A stretch of DNA of 64,000 nucleotides from Utricularia gibba (taxonomy: Eukaryota > Plantae > Magnoliophyta), in NCBI GenBank assembly GCA_002189035.1, contig NEEC01000007.1:1674001-1738000 (forward strand), written 5' to 3'. The position numbers and the translations under genes were made by a program. Shown piece after piece: positions 11,862 through 24,935 of this stretch (positions are counted from its first letter, which is position 1; each line of letters opens with the position of its first letter). The notes below the pieces were generated by a model. The model made no database searches and was not told the DNA's origin. It was given only the letters and a program-made list of their open reading frames with translations.

Positions 11862-14800
11862 ATGGGCGTGCTCCAGATGTCGTGGCAGTCCAGCCTTCTT
11901 AAGTTGTCGAAGCGGAAACATGGCGCACCGCCGCTAGGGCTCAAAAACCTCGGCAATACTTGCTACCTCAACTCCGTTCTTCAGTGCCTTACTTACACTC
12001 CTCCTCTCGCTAATCTTTGCCTGCAATGCTTCCACTCTTCAGTATGTATGTACAATTCTCTCTCTCTCGCTCTCTTTTGGATTTCGCATTTTCGCTTATT
12101 ATCCCTTTTTGAAGAATTCCCTCTTCGCCGTCTTTAATCGATTCTTCTATGTGCAATTGACGCGTTTCTGGATGATTTGCACTACTACCCGTGTTGAATT
12201 TGGTTAAATAGGGCAAGTGTGACTCGCTTTCAGGTGGTGGTGTTGATTGAAAATTTCCTAATTGTGAAAAAAAAATCGAATTTCCGTTGCTATGATTTGG
12301 GAACCCCCTTTGAAGGCTGAAGTATTTAAAAATTATTTGTTACTTTATGATAACATGGATTCCACAATATGGATATTGCTGACTGAAGAAATTTTCTCCA
12401 GGTGACTATGGGGCTGGAAGAGATAAAAGGAGGGATTGCCCTTTATGCATACTGGAGAAAAGAATTACACGCTCCTTGAGCATAGAAGCGGTTATTGATG
12501 CTCCTGCAAAAATTAACAGCTGTTTGAGAATATATGCAGAGCATTTTCGTGGTGGGAGACAAGAGGATGCACATGAATTTTTGCGTTATGTGATTGATGC
12601 ATGCCACAATACCTGTCTGAGGTTAAAAAAATTTCAGCTGCAACAAAGGGGAGGGATCTTGGTGGCACTGGAGAAACAATAGTTAAGGAGATATTTGGAG
12701 GGGAACTGCAGAGCCAGGTGAAATGCCTATCATGTGGTGCTGAGTCAAATAAGGACGACGAGATTATGGATATAAGCCTCGATATTTTTCACTCCAGTTC
12801 TCTCAGAGAGTCCTTGCAGAAGTTCTTTCAGCCTGAGATCCTGGAAGGAAATAACAAGTACAAGTGTGAGAAGTAAGTGATTCAACCACCTCTTGTTTCT
12901 ATTTGATGTTCATTCATTATGTGTTTGTCAGAGCATCACTTTCGTTTCCCATATCCAGTATTTTCTGCATATATGAAAGTTGTTTGAATTATTTTTTCAA
13001 TGGAATGGAAACTGATTCTTGTGTAGCTGCAAGGAATTAGTGGCAGCAAAGAAGCAAATGTCATTGCTTCAGGCACCAAATGTCCTTGTTATCCAGTTGA
13101 AGGTACGGTGGTTGCTGGTTTTCATGGTGCTTGGCTTGTCTGAAAATGATCAAGCTATCCTCTGAGCACTTTTTTCTGCTCTCTATGCAGCGATTTGAAG
13201 GGATTTATGGCTCAAAGATTGACAAACCCATCACGTTTGATGATTACTTATTGCTTTCAAGTTACATGTCTAAAGGAACCCAGGTAGGCTTTGGGAAATT
13301 TTTTTTTTTCTGTAAGAAAGTAACTTCTTTTATGTTCGTCCATAGACCTGTGACATGCATAATTATAGATATCAACCTTCATTGTTGCAGGATCATCATC
13401 CGGAATATACTCTTTGTGGTACTATTGTACATTCAGGTGTCTCCCCTGATTCCGGTCACTATTATGCATATATCAAGGTTAATTTAAGTTTGTTTCATCA
13501 TACCTCATAGATCGTGCCTTAATTTAGGTCGGGATTATGAAATGTTGACCTAATTTTTATCCATTGTTCAGGACACAGTAGGTCACTGGTATTGCTGTGA
13601 CGACTCCTCAGTTACACTTTCATCCTTACAGGAGGTTTTGTCTGAGAGAGTCTACATTCTTTTCTTCTCTCGTACGAAACAGAGACCTCAATCAAGATCG
13701 GAGGTGGTAGTTAATGGGATCAGGTCTCATGAGTCAAAGGACCCTAGAATTCCTATTAAAAGGTCTGCATCATTTGCAAAGCCATCTTCTAGCAGCAGCA
13801 GGCAAGATGCTGCTTGTGAGAGAGATACGCAAGCTGATTTGAAAGCGTCTGTTAAACATTCTGATTCTAACGGTTTAACCAGCCATCCTACATCAAACGG
13901 AACACACCGGCCAGGCCTGTATACACAAAATGGGATGAAATTCGAGGAACACTCTGAAGCAAGCCATGAGAAGATAGCAGATTCAAAGGAATCTTTTAAC
14001 AACCGTATCCCAGAAACTAGTCATGCGAGCTCTAATCACCAGCAGGTGTCTCCTGCTGATGATGATCTTAAGAGCAAATGCAATTTGGAAAATGGATTTA
14101 TATCCCCAGTTTATTCTATGAAAGGAAAGAAGGGTGAACCGATGTTGAAGGAGGATAACTGCGTGAGGGTCTCATCAGGAGATGCTGAGCACATGAAGGC
14201 AACACCTTTTTCTGGTATTAGCAATGGAGAAAATGGCTCTACTGTCTCCAAAGCTCGCAGGAGACTCCTGGCAGAGTTTAATGGCACAAGAAACATGTCT
14301 GCATCTGAGAATGGTTTCAAACCTATAGGTGTGCAGAACCGGGATGTTCTGGATTCCAGCAGCAAGAGAAAAACCATTGAATATAGTTCATGCGTTTTGC
14401 TATCAAGCGATGACAAGTCCTGTGCAAAATTGGAAGCGTATAAGGAATTGTACGTTTTATGTGCTTTAACAGTCAAGCTTAATTGCCACTGTGCTTTCCT
14501 TTTCAAATAAGCTAATTTATTAGAAAATGAATTCGGGCATCTTTAATTCTGGTTAGCATAGACTTGCTGAGTGCTTGCTTGCATGGGCTGAATGTGTGGA
14601 AGTTGCCTTTGACCTTATCCAAAAGTGAATTTTTCTGGTTACCTATGTGCTTTATGCAACGCAGTTTCTTTCTTTTCTTGTTTGTTGTCAATGAAACACG
14701 TTGCTTAGTATCATAACTAATATATAGTCCTGGAGAGATCGCAATAATTTGACATCTTTCTCACAGGATGAAACAAGATGCATCCAAGGTATTGCGCACA

Positions 14801-15202
14801 TGTGGATGGTATGAGGAAGTTTACAGCTTCATGCATTCAAGGAAAAAGGCTTGTCAGGAAAGTGGAGTTCCTCTAAAGACTGCCAGTGAGATAAAGTTAG
14901 CTCTTATCTGATTATTATTATTCTACGAATATGAAGATGCGTTTTATCATTTCAGAAAATTTGATAATCTGTGGTTTTCATATCGTCTCTCTTTTTCATT
15001 GCCTTTGTTCCTTTGGTCAATATTATGCTCCTTATGCATTTTATAGCTACCCCCTTAAAATGGTGTGTTGATCTTCTTCAGGAGTTCGCTGATTGCTGAT
15101 GCAAAGAAGTTATTCAATTGCAAAGTCCCCAATTCACTCAAAGCAAGCTTGTTTGAGGGTCTTGAGTCGTTTGGCTTAGGGAGGGACCCGCCTCAAACTT
15201 GA
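11862..15202 (+). CDS. UBP25: Ubiquitin-specific protease, UBP25-like, 8 exons; one apparent frameshift
   Basis: Cys box [44 protein letters not shown], His box [24 protein letters not shown]. Exons about 11862-12045, 12402-12872, 13027-13102, 13191-13283, 13391-13477, 13572-14449, 14767-14895, 15082-15202. Confidence 0.9.
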
Positions 15203-15806
15203 GTACTATCAGAACCTGGTGTGACGGAGAATCACCTGGTAACTTGTCCATATCATTCGTCTTAAACCCTGAATCCTCATCCTCATCCTCATCTGTCACT
15301 ACTGCATTTTGCAGAATCTGATAGCCCTCAGCTGCGTTCTCGAGCCTGTAAATATTGACAAACGTCACATGTCTGAGGTCCAACTTTCGTAGGCAGCGTT
15401 TATTGGAGAGAACATTTTTGTTGGCATTTCCTCAAGGCAGCAAGAGCCCAGCAATTTTCTGACTACTCCTACCCAATGTCTATATACTACTCCCCAGAAT
15501 TTTCAAAACCAATTCAGTGTCCCTCTTAAGAGAAGTGTTTTTTTCCCCCCTGCACTCGGGATAGGTGATTTGTTTGTCTGTGTGATACAAGTTACAAGGC
15601 ACCATTCTGCTCATCCTCCTTTCCTCCTACACTCCCTGTCAATTGTTTTTTCTCAGCAGGTTCTTGATACACACAATGGCTTCTGCAGAGGCTTCCCAAC
15701 ATAATCCCGGATCCAAACTTTTCCTCTGATACCTACAATACCTTCCTTGAGTACAGAGGGAGACGAGAAGATGGTCTTCAGCTTCACCCGAGCACCATTT
15801 TATCAA

Positions 15807-15830
15807 CGGTCGGGTCGGGTCGGGTCGGGT
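15807..15830 (+). repeat. (GGGTC)n pentamer repeat matching a canonical G-quadruplex pattern
   Basis: cggtcgggtcgggtcgggtcgggt; four G3 tracts at 15812, 15817, 15822 and 15827 with 2-nt loops. Confidence 0.7.
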
Positions 15831-16269
15831 TCTTAGGGTTTCACAGTTCCATTCAAAAGTAGGGTTCTTAGGGTGTATTTTTTTGAAATTTCGGTTGCAG
15901 CCCTAAATTTCTCAAAATTGGACTTGCTAATTTTGATATTTGTCTTTTTTCTAATAAAATAAGGAAAGACGCGGGTACAAAAAAAAAAAAACATGCGCCA
16001 AAAGTATAGAAGCAATTAATTAATTACAGAACGCGGCTTGACAACAAACCCTGGGCCCTGTCACGTTCTTGCATTGCACGGTACCCTTCTTGATTTTTCT
16101 TCTGCCTCTCTACGGACTCCGACGATTACAGCTCACGCAATTAAAGGGAGCTACTTCTCTCCGCGCTGGGAGACACTTGGGCTCACCCAACTGAAATATC
16201 TAGTTTTTTGGGCGGTGGGGTTAGATCTTTTTTGGGGGAGGGTTTTGGTTCGGAGTTAGCAGAGTTGAA

Positions 16270-17842
16270 ATGAAGATTCAGTGTAATGTTTGCGACGCGG
16301 CGGAGGCGAACGTCCTTTGCTGCGCCGACGAGGCGGCGTTGTGCTGGGATTGCGATCAGAAAGTACACGCAGCGAATAAGCTTGCTAGTAAACACCAGAG
16401 GGTTCCGCTGTCTAATTCATCTTCTCAGATGCCCTTGTGTGATATCTGCAAGGTTGGGGAAATTTTTAGCTGGGCTTCGTGTGTTTAGGTTTGGTTTTGG
16501 AGATCTTGGGCTTCTTTGGCTGTTCTTGATCATTGAGAAATCTCTTGCAACTTGGGTGATTTTAAAATGTATACGTTGCTTTTGGGTCCCTTGTTTTTTT
16601 TTTGGAACCTATCTGCAGAAGTTGTGTTTCCTTTACCTTTAATGCCTACGCTGTGGTAGCTGCGCTGTGCTATTTTTGTATGCTTCTATTTAAGTCAAAG
16701 TTCAGTTCTAGTTGTATGGATTCATCTAGATTTGAGTTAAATCCTTGCTTTTTTTTTCAGATCGGGATCAAAATATAGTCTAGTGATTCATTGTGCTAAA
16801 ATGATTGTCCTGAAGGGGTGTTTTGAACAGTTTATCCACAAAGGTTGAACTCTGGATATTTCAAAGAAGCTGTTCTGAGAAGTAGAATTAGGTTTTAGAT
16901 TGGAGGGTGTGTGGGAAAGTCAGGCGTTAGTGTCTGTTGGGAAATGCATGTAAGAAGGCCATAATGTGTGATGAACTTGATGATGAATAACACTGGTCTT
17001 TAATCTTGGATACAGCAATTCATGTTTTCTTCTAACACTATGCAGGACACAGTGGGATACTTCTTTTGCCTCGAGGATCGAGCATTGCTTTGCCGGAATT
17101 GCGATGTCGCAATACATAATGTCAATCCTCTGGTTTCTGCACATCAGAGGTTTCTGCTTACCGGTGTCAAAGTAGGTGCTGAAGGAGCTGAATCTCGTCC
17201 GTCTTCTACCCCTGGGAACCTCAACTCCCCTTCTAATGGCAAAGACTTTGTACAACAAGCGTGTACTGCTCCTAGGCGAACAACTCCAGCTTTGCCTGAA
17301 GCTCATTACCAACCAGGAAGACCAGAAGGTTTATCATCATCAAGGCTAACTTTTTCCGGAGGTTCTGCAACTGGAAGCGCCTCCCAATGGTCGTTGGATG
17401 AATTCCTTACACTAAGTGACCCTAACCCAAATTTTTACATCACAGACAACGGAAACGGGTCGTCCAAGGTATCCATTTTCATCCGCTCTTCTTTTTGTGG
17501 GTGTAATGCAGACACCAAGCTTAACTGGATAACCCCCTTTTGTTTTTACCTACGCAGTGTGACAGTGGGAAGCTAGGAGGGGACTCAGATAACTCCCAGC
17601 GAGCTGCTGATGCTGAAACTGAAAGCGATGACTGCATAGGACAAGTCCCAGATTCCCACTGCACCGTGCCGCAGATTCCTTCTCCTCCGACGGCCTCCGG
17701 CCTTTACTGGCCAAAGACTCATCAAATCTTCGGCGGTTCATCGATGTTCGTCCCAGATTTTGGTTCATCGCCACTTAGGGACTCCCCGAACCACCATCAC
17801 CAGCCCCGCTTTCGTAGCTCAAAAAGAAGAAGGAATTTTTAG
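16270..17842 (+). CDS. BBX22: B-box zinc-finger protein, BBX22 (STH3/LZF1)-like, 3 exons
   Basis: Two B-boxes: MKIQCNVCDAAEANVLCCADEAALC...H and CDICK/DTVGYFFCLEDRALLC...HQRFLLTG. VP motif VPQIPSPPTASGL and C-terminal NLS SKRRR. Exons 16270-16452, 17046-17468, 17558-17842. Confidence 0.92.
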
Positions 17843-18822
17843 GCGACCGCAACCAAGATTTGGTGATGTTTAAGGGGTTTTGTTGCTTGGTTTTTTAACC
17901 TTACATCCTTTCTTTACCCATGCAACAGCCAAGACCTTCTGGGTTTCAAACTCCAATAAGATTCTCCTTCCTTTTGATGTGCTTATCTATCCACCTAAAG
18001 GATGACAAAGATTTTCAATTTTTATTTTTTTGAAAACTATTTTTTGAAAAACAAAATCATATTACATTGTTTATTTTGCGTGTTTAGAAAACGGGTATTA
18101 CATGATTGAGATTTCAAATATTTAGTATTTGGGAAATAAAATAAAAGGAAAAAAGTAGGATTTGAATATATGAATATATGAAAGTAGGATTGAATATATG
18201 AATATAGTTTTACTATTTTTTAACATCATATTATAATAATTTTATTTTCATTATCTTTTTCAACTCATTTCAAAAAGAATATAGTCATTTTTTTTATAAA
18301 AATAAACCCCTCCAAATTATTTTCCATATTTATTTATTTTTATTAACTAAATATGTTTTTTAAAAATATTTTTTATTGAAATATATCCATTTTTGTTTAT
18401 AATTTCAATTAAAACATTTTTCGATATGTCAATTTACTAGAAACAAGCACATCCATAGAGTTTTAGAATTCGGGCGTATCCACTTTATTTCTATATAAAA
18501 AATTAAACACAATTTGGTACAAATTCAATGTGATTGAATTTTCTGGAATATTTGGTATTATTTTGCAAATATTTGTGAAAGGGAATTTGGAATTAATTTG
18601 AAATATTTGATTATGTTGATAAGGAGAGGAGAATGATTATTACAGAATAAATGCCTACATCTATTATCATTCATTACTATTTTGTTTTAGACTGAATTGC
18701 GTGCCCACGATGATCACGTTCACCGGCGGGATCACGTCACGGCTGACGACGCTCCCACCTTCGTGCTGTATAAAGAGGCGGCGACTGAGGGAGTTGCACC
18801 CAAGTACGGAGCCAGTGGAGGA

Positions 18823-20368
18823 ATGGGCAAGTCTCCCGAGGAAGAGCATCCGGTGAAGGCCTTCGGATGGGCTGCTAGAGACACTTCCGGGATTCTTTCC
18901 CCCTTCCATTTCTCCAGAAGGTACTCTCTTGGATTTCATCCGATTCTTCAGTATTCAGCTTCCGTTATCCCATCGATCAATCAATGGAATCGTTTCGCTC
19001 AATTTTATGGCGTTTGACTTTGAAGGGAAACCGGAGTGAAGGACGTGAAATTGAAGATAGTTTACTGTGGAGTCTGCCACTCCGATCTCCATAGCGTCAA
19101 GAACGAAAACAAGAGGGTCACGTTCCCTGTTCTCCCCGGGTACGGTAACCCTAGACTAATCAATCATTCCCATTTCCTGTCTACGAGAATGCATCGATTT
19201 TTATGTTTTATCTGATGATGCATGTGAGTGAGTACGATCAAGCGTATTGAGAGAAGTGAATGGCTGAATCTGCAGAATAGCAACTGTGTTCTTATTGTGT
19301 CTCTTTGGTGTGATCCCTGCGCAGACATGAGATTGCCGGAGTTGTTACAGAAGTTGGTAGCAAGGTGACAAAGGTGAAGGTCGGGGATAAGGTAGGAGTC
19401 GGATGTATGGCCGGATCGTGTCGAAAATGCGAGAGCTGCTCCAACGATCTTGAAAACCAGTGTCCTAAAGTGGTTCTGACTTACAGAAGCAAATACTTTG
19501 ATGGTACTCCAACTTATGGTGGCTATTCGGATATCATGGTTTGTGATGAGCATTTCATCATCCGTTGGCCGGAGTCCTTGCCGCTCGATGCCGGTTGCCC
19601 TCTCCTCTGCGCCGGGATCACCACCTACAGCCCCCTCAGGTTCTATGGCCTGGATAAGCCAGGGACTCACTTGGGAGTCGTTGGCCTTGGCGGGCTCGGA
19701 CATGTTGCTGTCAAGTTTGCTAAAGCTCTTGGGGCCAAGGTCACTGTTATAAGCACAAATCCTGGTAAGAAAGAGGAAGCTGTCAAGAATCTGGGGGCCG
19801 ACTACTTCGTGGTCAGCAGAGACCAGGATCAAATGACGGTATGTTATTTTTCTTCAGCGAATCTTCCTTCCAAACAGTGCTGAGTTTTACTGTAATCTCA
19901 GGCGGCAGCAGGCACATTGGATGGAATATTGGACACAGTCTCTGCTCATCATCCTGTGACCCCATTACTCGATCTCCTGAAATCTAATGGGAAACTCATC
20001 ATTCTTGGAGTGATACCAAAGGCTTTGGAGGTCCCTGTTTACCCGCTGCTCTCCGGTAAAGCAAAATCAAACTCTTAACCCTGTATCTTACTTCACTGAG
20101 GTTGTGGTTATCGTGGGTGATGGTAGCCTGCTTCAACTTGATTATAGGGAGGAAGATGGTGGCTGGCAGTGGAATTGGAGGAATGAAGGAAACCCAAGAA
20201 ATGATAGATTTTGCTGCTGAACACAACATAACTGCAGATGTGGAAGTGATTCCAATGAGTTACATAAACAAGGCCATGGATAGGCTTGATAAAGCTGATG
20301 TCAAGTACCGGTTTGTCATAGATATTGCCGGAACCCTGAAGGAAGATGACCTCCAGGCTCGAACATGA
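18823..20368 (+). CDS. CAD: Zn-dependent medium-chain reductase, class II CAD / 8-hydroxygeraniol-oxidoreductase-like, 5 exons
   Basis: [20 protein letters not shown], catalytic Zn CHSD / GHE / LLCAG, structural Zn CxxCxxCx7[16 protein letters not shown]. Exons 18823-18920, 19026-19139, 19325-19838, 19902-20055, 20148-20368. Confidence 0.92.
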
Positions 20369-20467
20369 ACCAAGATCCAAGGCTGTTGTATCTAGTATGG
20401 CTTTACTGTTTCCACAAGATGTGGCTGTTGCTCCTACATCTGTAATAAGATCATCTTCCTCCCGTTT

Positions 20468-21902
20468 CTACGGAACTCCAAGTACCCATTTCTGCATCGC
20501 AATCGCCAAAATGGACCCCATGCATATGTTAACAACATTTACAGCATCGTTATTCAGCTGCAACCACAGAGACACAAACATGAAACGTAAAGGTTGCTGA
20601 GTAAGACAATAAGCTGCTATGGGGATTAAGTTTGCTTAAGGCGAAACTGACCCATTGGAGTCCTTCTCTGTCTTGGAGAGAAGCACCAATGAAGCTCTCT
20701 CCCAGGTTTGCAAGCTGGGAAGCAATCACGCATACTGCCCCTTGGACTAAACTTATCTGTATACAGTTTAAAGCTCTGAATCATTTTCAACTGTTTGATT
20801 ACTTTGAAAAAAGCTGGAAACTTTACCCGGCTCACTAGGCATGCAATGGAGGCAAGGAAAAAAGAAGCCACAATCCCAGCAATGGTTCCCTCCAAGCTAA
20901 TGGCTCCTTCAGTTCCTCTTGGGACTACCTTGAATGTTGTCACAAGATAACTGAAAACAGCATATACGACAGCTTTTGATGTGTCATTTTTTAGCTAACC
21001 ATTGGAAAATAGGCTTACGTTGTCTTGCCATAAGCCTTTCCAATCTCACTGGAAACGGTGTCACTCAGTTTAGTGCAGAAGCTCGCAACAAATCCAAGAT
21101 TCCATAAATGAGAACATGCAGTCCCACCAACATTGTAGATTGATAGCAAGGCGCAGATGCAGCCGGCAGCACTTGATCCAATCACACTGCCGGGTCCTCT
21201 CCTTCCTTTCATTTTCTCTGCTACTCCTTGAGCCTCCTTTTGAGCCATTTTCACTTTCGTAGCAGCAGTTCCCTGCAGGTCAGCATGTATCAAGATAACA
21301 GAAAACTGCAGTGTGATCGAATCACAAAGCCTCTGGTCTCAACCAGCATGCCATAGTTAACGAAAATAAGCTTCGGGCATGAAATCCTCCCCATATGACA
21401 AACAAGCGTAACCACATTGGCATGTTAAACTCTTCATGCCGGCAATTCATCGAACACCATTGCTTCACGCGATCAGTCAAATAAAAACCATACAAAAATG
21501 CGGTGTCCATGCGATTGGGCTTACACTTATGAAGTACATTGCCACCAAAAAGAACCCTGAAGCTCCAAACCCACGCCAAGCGAGAGTTCCCAGCAAGAAA
21601 GCCGTAGCAATGCCCGATAACGATAATCCAGATGCAAGAACAGGAAAACCAACAAGGAAAATCACAGAATTGCAGAAAAGAGCAGATTGCCACGTAGGCG
21701 GTGACAATCGGACCAATTGAACAGCTTGCCCCGCGAAGCTTGCCACAAAATTGGTAGCCGACGCTTGAATTCGAATCACCGGATTCTTCTTTTTCACAAT
21801 CGGGCGCCTATGATTCGAGCTTGACCAAAAAATGAAGTTTTTCGAAATGGGTGTAAGGTTCTTGAGTGAAAAAGTTAGGGGAGTAGGGAGCAAGGCCGCC
21901 AT
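20468..21902 (-). CDS. VTE6: Phytyl-phosphate kinase VTE6 (DUF92/TMEM19 family), plastid, 5 exons
   Basis: Transit peptide, then LSPPTWQSAL, GTAATKVKMAQKEAQGVAEK..GRRGPGSVIGSSAAG, KLSDTVSSEIGKAYGKTT, VPRGTEGAIS.EGT, ANLGESFIGA, LNNDAVNVVNI; stop at 20468. Confidence 0.9.
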
Positions 21903-23300
21903 TGTCGCTCTCCGGTTTCCAACTAGAGAATCGAGTATTCAGTGTTGTGGATTTCCAATTTTACGTAGATTATAAACTCCATCGTTCCCCTTTACTTCAC
22001 CTAATTTTAAATTTTTTTAAAAAATTATAATTGAAATAATAAAAATATGATGTAATAAAACGTACCTGAGCCAAATCCAGATATGTAATCATTGGTGAGA
22101 CAAGTCTCAAGTACATTGAGTTTTCAATACGGGTAAAAGTATCCAACCCAATAAAGTGTGTAAGGATTTTAACTGAATTTAAAATCGATTATATACGAAA
22201 TAGAATGAGTGTTTATATATATAGATTTTTTTTAATCATACACATGGTATTTTTCCCAAAAGATAAAAACGTAAAATCGCAGTAATTAGATATTTGAAAT
22301 ACACAATATTGTGCAAAATGAACATAACCATAATTTGCCCCAGCTTGCAAAAATGCAACAAGATGATTGTCTCATGATAAGAAAACAAAAGCCGTACACA
22401 AAATTTTAATATATCATTTGATTGTATTCATCAAAAATCAATTTCTAAATTTTTATTCTTTCTTAAAATAAATATCTAACAAAATTATATTTTTAAAAGT
22501 ATTTTTTTGAAAAAAGCCAAGGAAGAAAAAACAGGGTCCAGTGATTCAACCCTGAAAGGCATACCAGTTACTGATAACCAACCAAACACTAGTCCTTAAA
22601 ACGATGTCGCAACAAACTCATTGGATATGGGAAGAAACCGACGCCCAAATGCAATTATTTGCCTCAGAGTGAGCCATGGATTGGCTTTCAGAACAGCCAT
22701 TAACGCCAAAAATGCAGGTTAATGATGCATTAACCAGTTACAGGTTTCCTGCATTCTGTACTAAACTCCATCTGGGTGATCAATTACCCCATCAGGGTCC
22801 TTCGCCCCAACCACACCATGCCTTCAAGATGATCAGATTTGATGGCAGCAGTGAAAGGAAATAAGCCTTGGAGTGAAAAGGGATTCTGGGGTTACTGTAT
22901 CACACACCTGTTGTTGGGGGCTTTAGCTCGAAGATGGAACTAAAGGGTTTCTTCTTATCATGGCTTCAGGAAAGTTCTAGAAGATCTATTTCACAGGAAG
23001 GATCGAAGTGTTGTGTCATGAAATTAGGGTTCGTTGGGAACAACTGAATTTCTTAACTTTTTGGTGAAGTAATGAATGATGGTAGAAGCATGTATCTATA
23101 TCCTGCAACTGAAGTGCCAATCGTTTTAAAGCGGCAAGGATGGCTCAAGATCCAGAGTAAGACTACTAGAACAAAAGAAAAAACATATGGGGTAAACGAA
23201 GAATACCAACGACTGTGAGCAGATTCAACTCAAGAAAACCATTGTAAAAGAGGGCGGTGTTGAGACTACTGTGTATAGTTTGTGTTTCCTTTTCTGCTCC

Positions 23301-23828
23301 TCATTTGAGCTGAGCCTCTCTGGTTTTCCTTCTCTTCTTCTTCTTGCTGTAGGGGATCCCTCTAGCCTTGGCCTGAGAATCCCTGACCTCCCTCAAGTAA
23401 GCGCGTATACCTCCATTGGCAAAAGGGTTTGTCTCTTGAGCTCCGCCGTTCTCCTCATAGGCGGCGCGTAGCCGTCCGACGAGGGCGTCGAGGCTCCCCC
23501 ACGCCTGCCTCAACGGACACGCGCACGCCCTGGCCGGTTCGGTTTTGCCGTAGAAGACGCACGTGGGGGTGTGCACCTTCGTCTTCCCGAACTGGTCCAG
23601 GTACCGAATAAAATCCAAGATATGGGTGTAATCGCACTTCCCTAGCTCCACCGGCGGCTGCTGATTCCTGAGGTACTGTCCGAACGTGTTCCAGTCCCGG
23701 CGCTTCTGCGATTCGTACCGGCTGAGCTGCTGCTGACCCGGAGGCGGGCCTGGAGGGGGTCGTGACGACGCTGCAGGCTCCGCCGGTGGCCCCGCCGCCG
23801 TCACCCCGACGGCATCGCTGGAAATCAT
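23301..23828 (-). CDS. LSH: ALOG-domain (LSH/G1) transcription factor, single exon
   Basis: [29 protein letters not shown]...C...[45 protein letters not shown], and [10 protein letters not shown]. Confidence 0.95.
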   Translation of the reverse strand: MISSDAVGVTAAGPPAEPAASSRPPPGPPPGQQQLSRYESQKRRDWNTFGQYLRNQQPPVELGKCDYTHILDFIRYLDQFGKTKVHTPTCVFYGKTEPARACACPLRQAWGSLDALVGRLRAAYEENGGAQETNPFANGGIRAYLREVRDSQAKARGIPYSKKKKRRKTREAQLK

Positions 23829-24935
23829 AGCTGTGGTGGCTTCAGATGGGACGAGGGCGTGATGTGAAAGTTATATATAATACGAAAGACCTGCGGGAGG
23901 GGGCGGCCGAGAGCAGAGAGAACAAGTCCAATGGGGCAATCAAATCAAGAGGAGGCTATGTTGGTCCAACCTTCCTTTTGTCAACAAATTTTAGTAAAAT
24001 AATATTTAAATTCAATAATTTTATTATCCCGGTGAATATTTTACATGACTAAAATTGCAAACAAGTCAAAATTATAAAAAATTCGCAAACAAATTCTGAA
24101 ATATGATAAAAAATTATTATTATTAATGAATTTGATAAGAATATAATTTTTTTAGCAAAATAATCAACTTGTAATAAAAATAAAAAAAATTAAACAGTTT
24201 TATAAGATAATTAATTCTCGAAATTACCCCTTCAATGGGCAACAAGTTACTGTTAAGGCACGGAGCGGAGTCTACTCAGTTGTTTTTATGACTAGTTGTT
24301 TAATTACAATTATATACTAAAATAAAATAATTACTTATTAAATAAATTAATACCAATCTTATAAATATGATAAATTAGTATACGTGAATAGCTAGTCAAT
24401 TAAGCATTCTAAAAAAATTGTATATAATAAATATAATTCCAATTTTAAAATAATAATGGTATATTTAATTAATATATTTTAAAAAATAAATAATAAGTTA
24501 ATACCAATAATCAACTTATAATATATTTCTATTTTCCCAAACAAGTTGGAAATTATGTGTTGCATGTCTACAGGATTTTTTCAGATAAAAACTCCTACGT
24601 TAGAGGTGCTATAGGGCAAAGTGTAAATTAGAGATTATGTGAATATAGATTTGAAAGATGAGTATAATTACGCATTAAGTGCTAATTGCATCAGTTTGGT
24701 GTTACATAATCTAACAAGCCTGTAGGTGATTAAAACCTTCCAATTGTCGTTTTCATTAATCCTAAACATGTAGGGCTTTATTACGAAATTAATCATCCTA
24801 TAAAAAATACGTATTAAAAAAATATACACATATTTTAAAACGATTAAATGAGAAATTAATAAGTGAGATAATATATAATTGGAATTAGGGTTACATCTTG
24901 ATGATAACTGTGTAAGAAATTCTTGTTTCATAGTT

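Noticed and set aside
15138-15800. Possible minus-strand gene containing the 81-aa acidic ORF (…VTDEDEDEDSGF…)
   Set aside because: I tried to join frames with single-base repairs and splice sites and could not build a consistent CDS or recognise a family. It overlaps the UBP25 last exon and 3' region, so it is most likely antisense noise.
19164-19832. 222-aa antisense ORF over CAD (and similar shadow ORFs at 47289-47900, 14111-14506, 40336-40811)
   Set aside because: Antisense or alternate-frame shadows of real coding exons with no independent motifs.
23301-23828. ALOG domain as a mobile-element (tyrosine-recombinase-derived) gene
   Set aside because: ALOG ancestry from recombinase DNA-binding domains is established, but this is an ordinary domesticated LSH gene with no recombinase catalytic domain or element ends.
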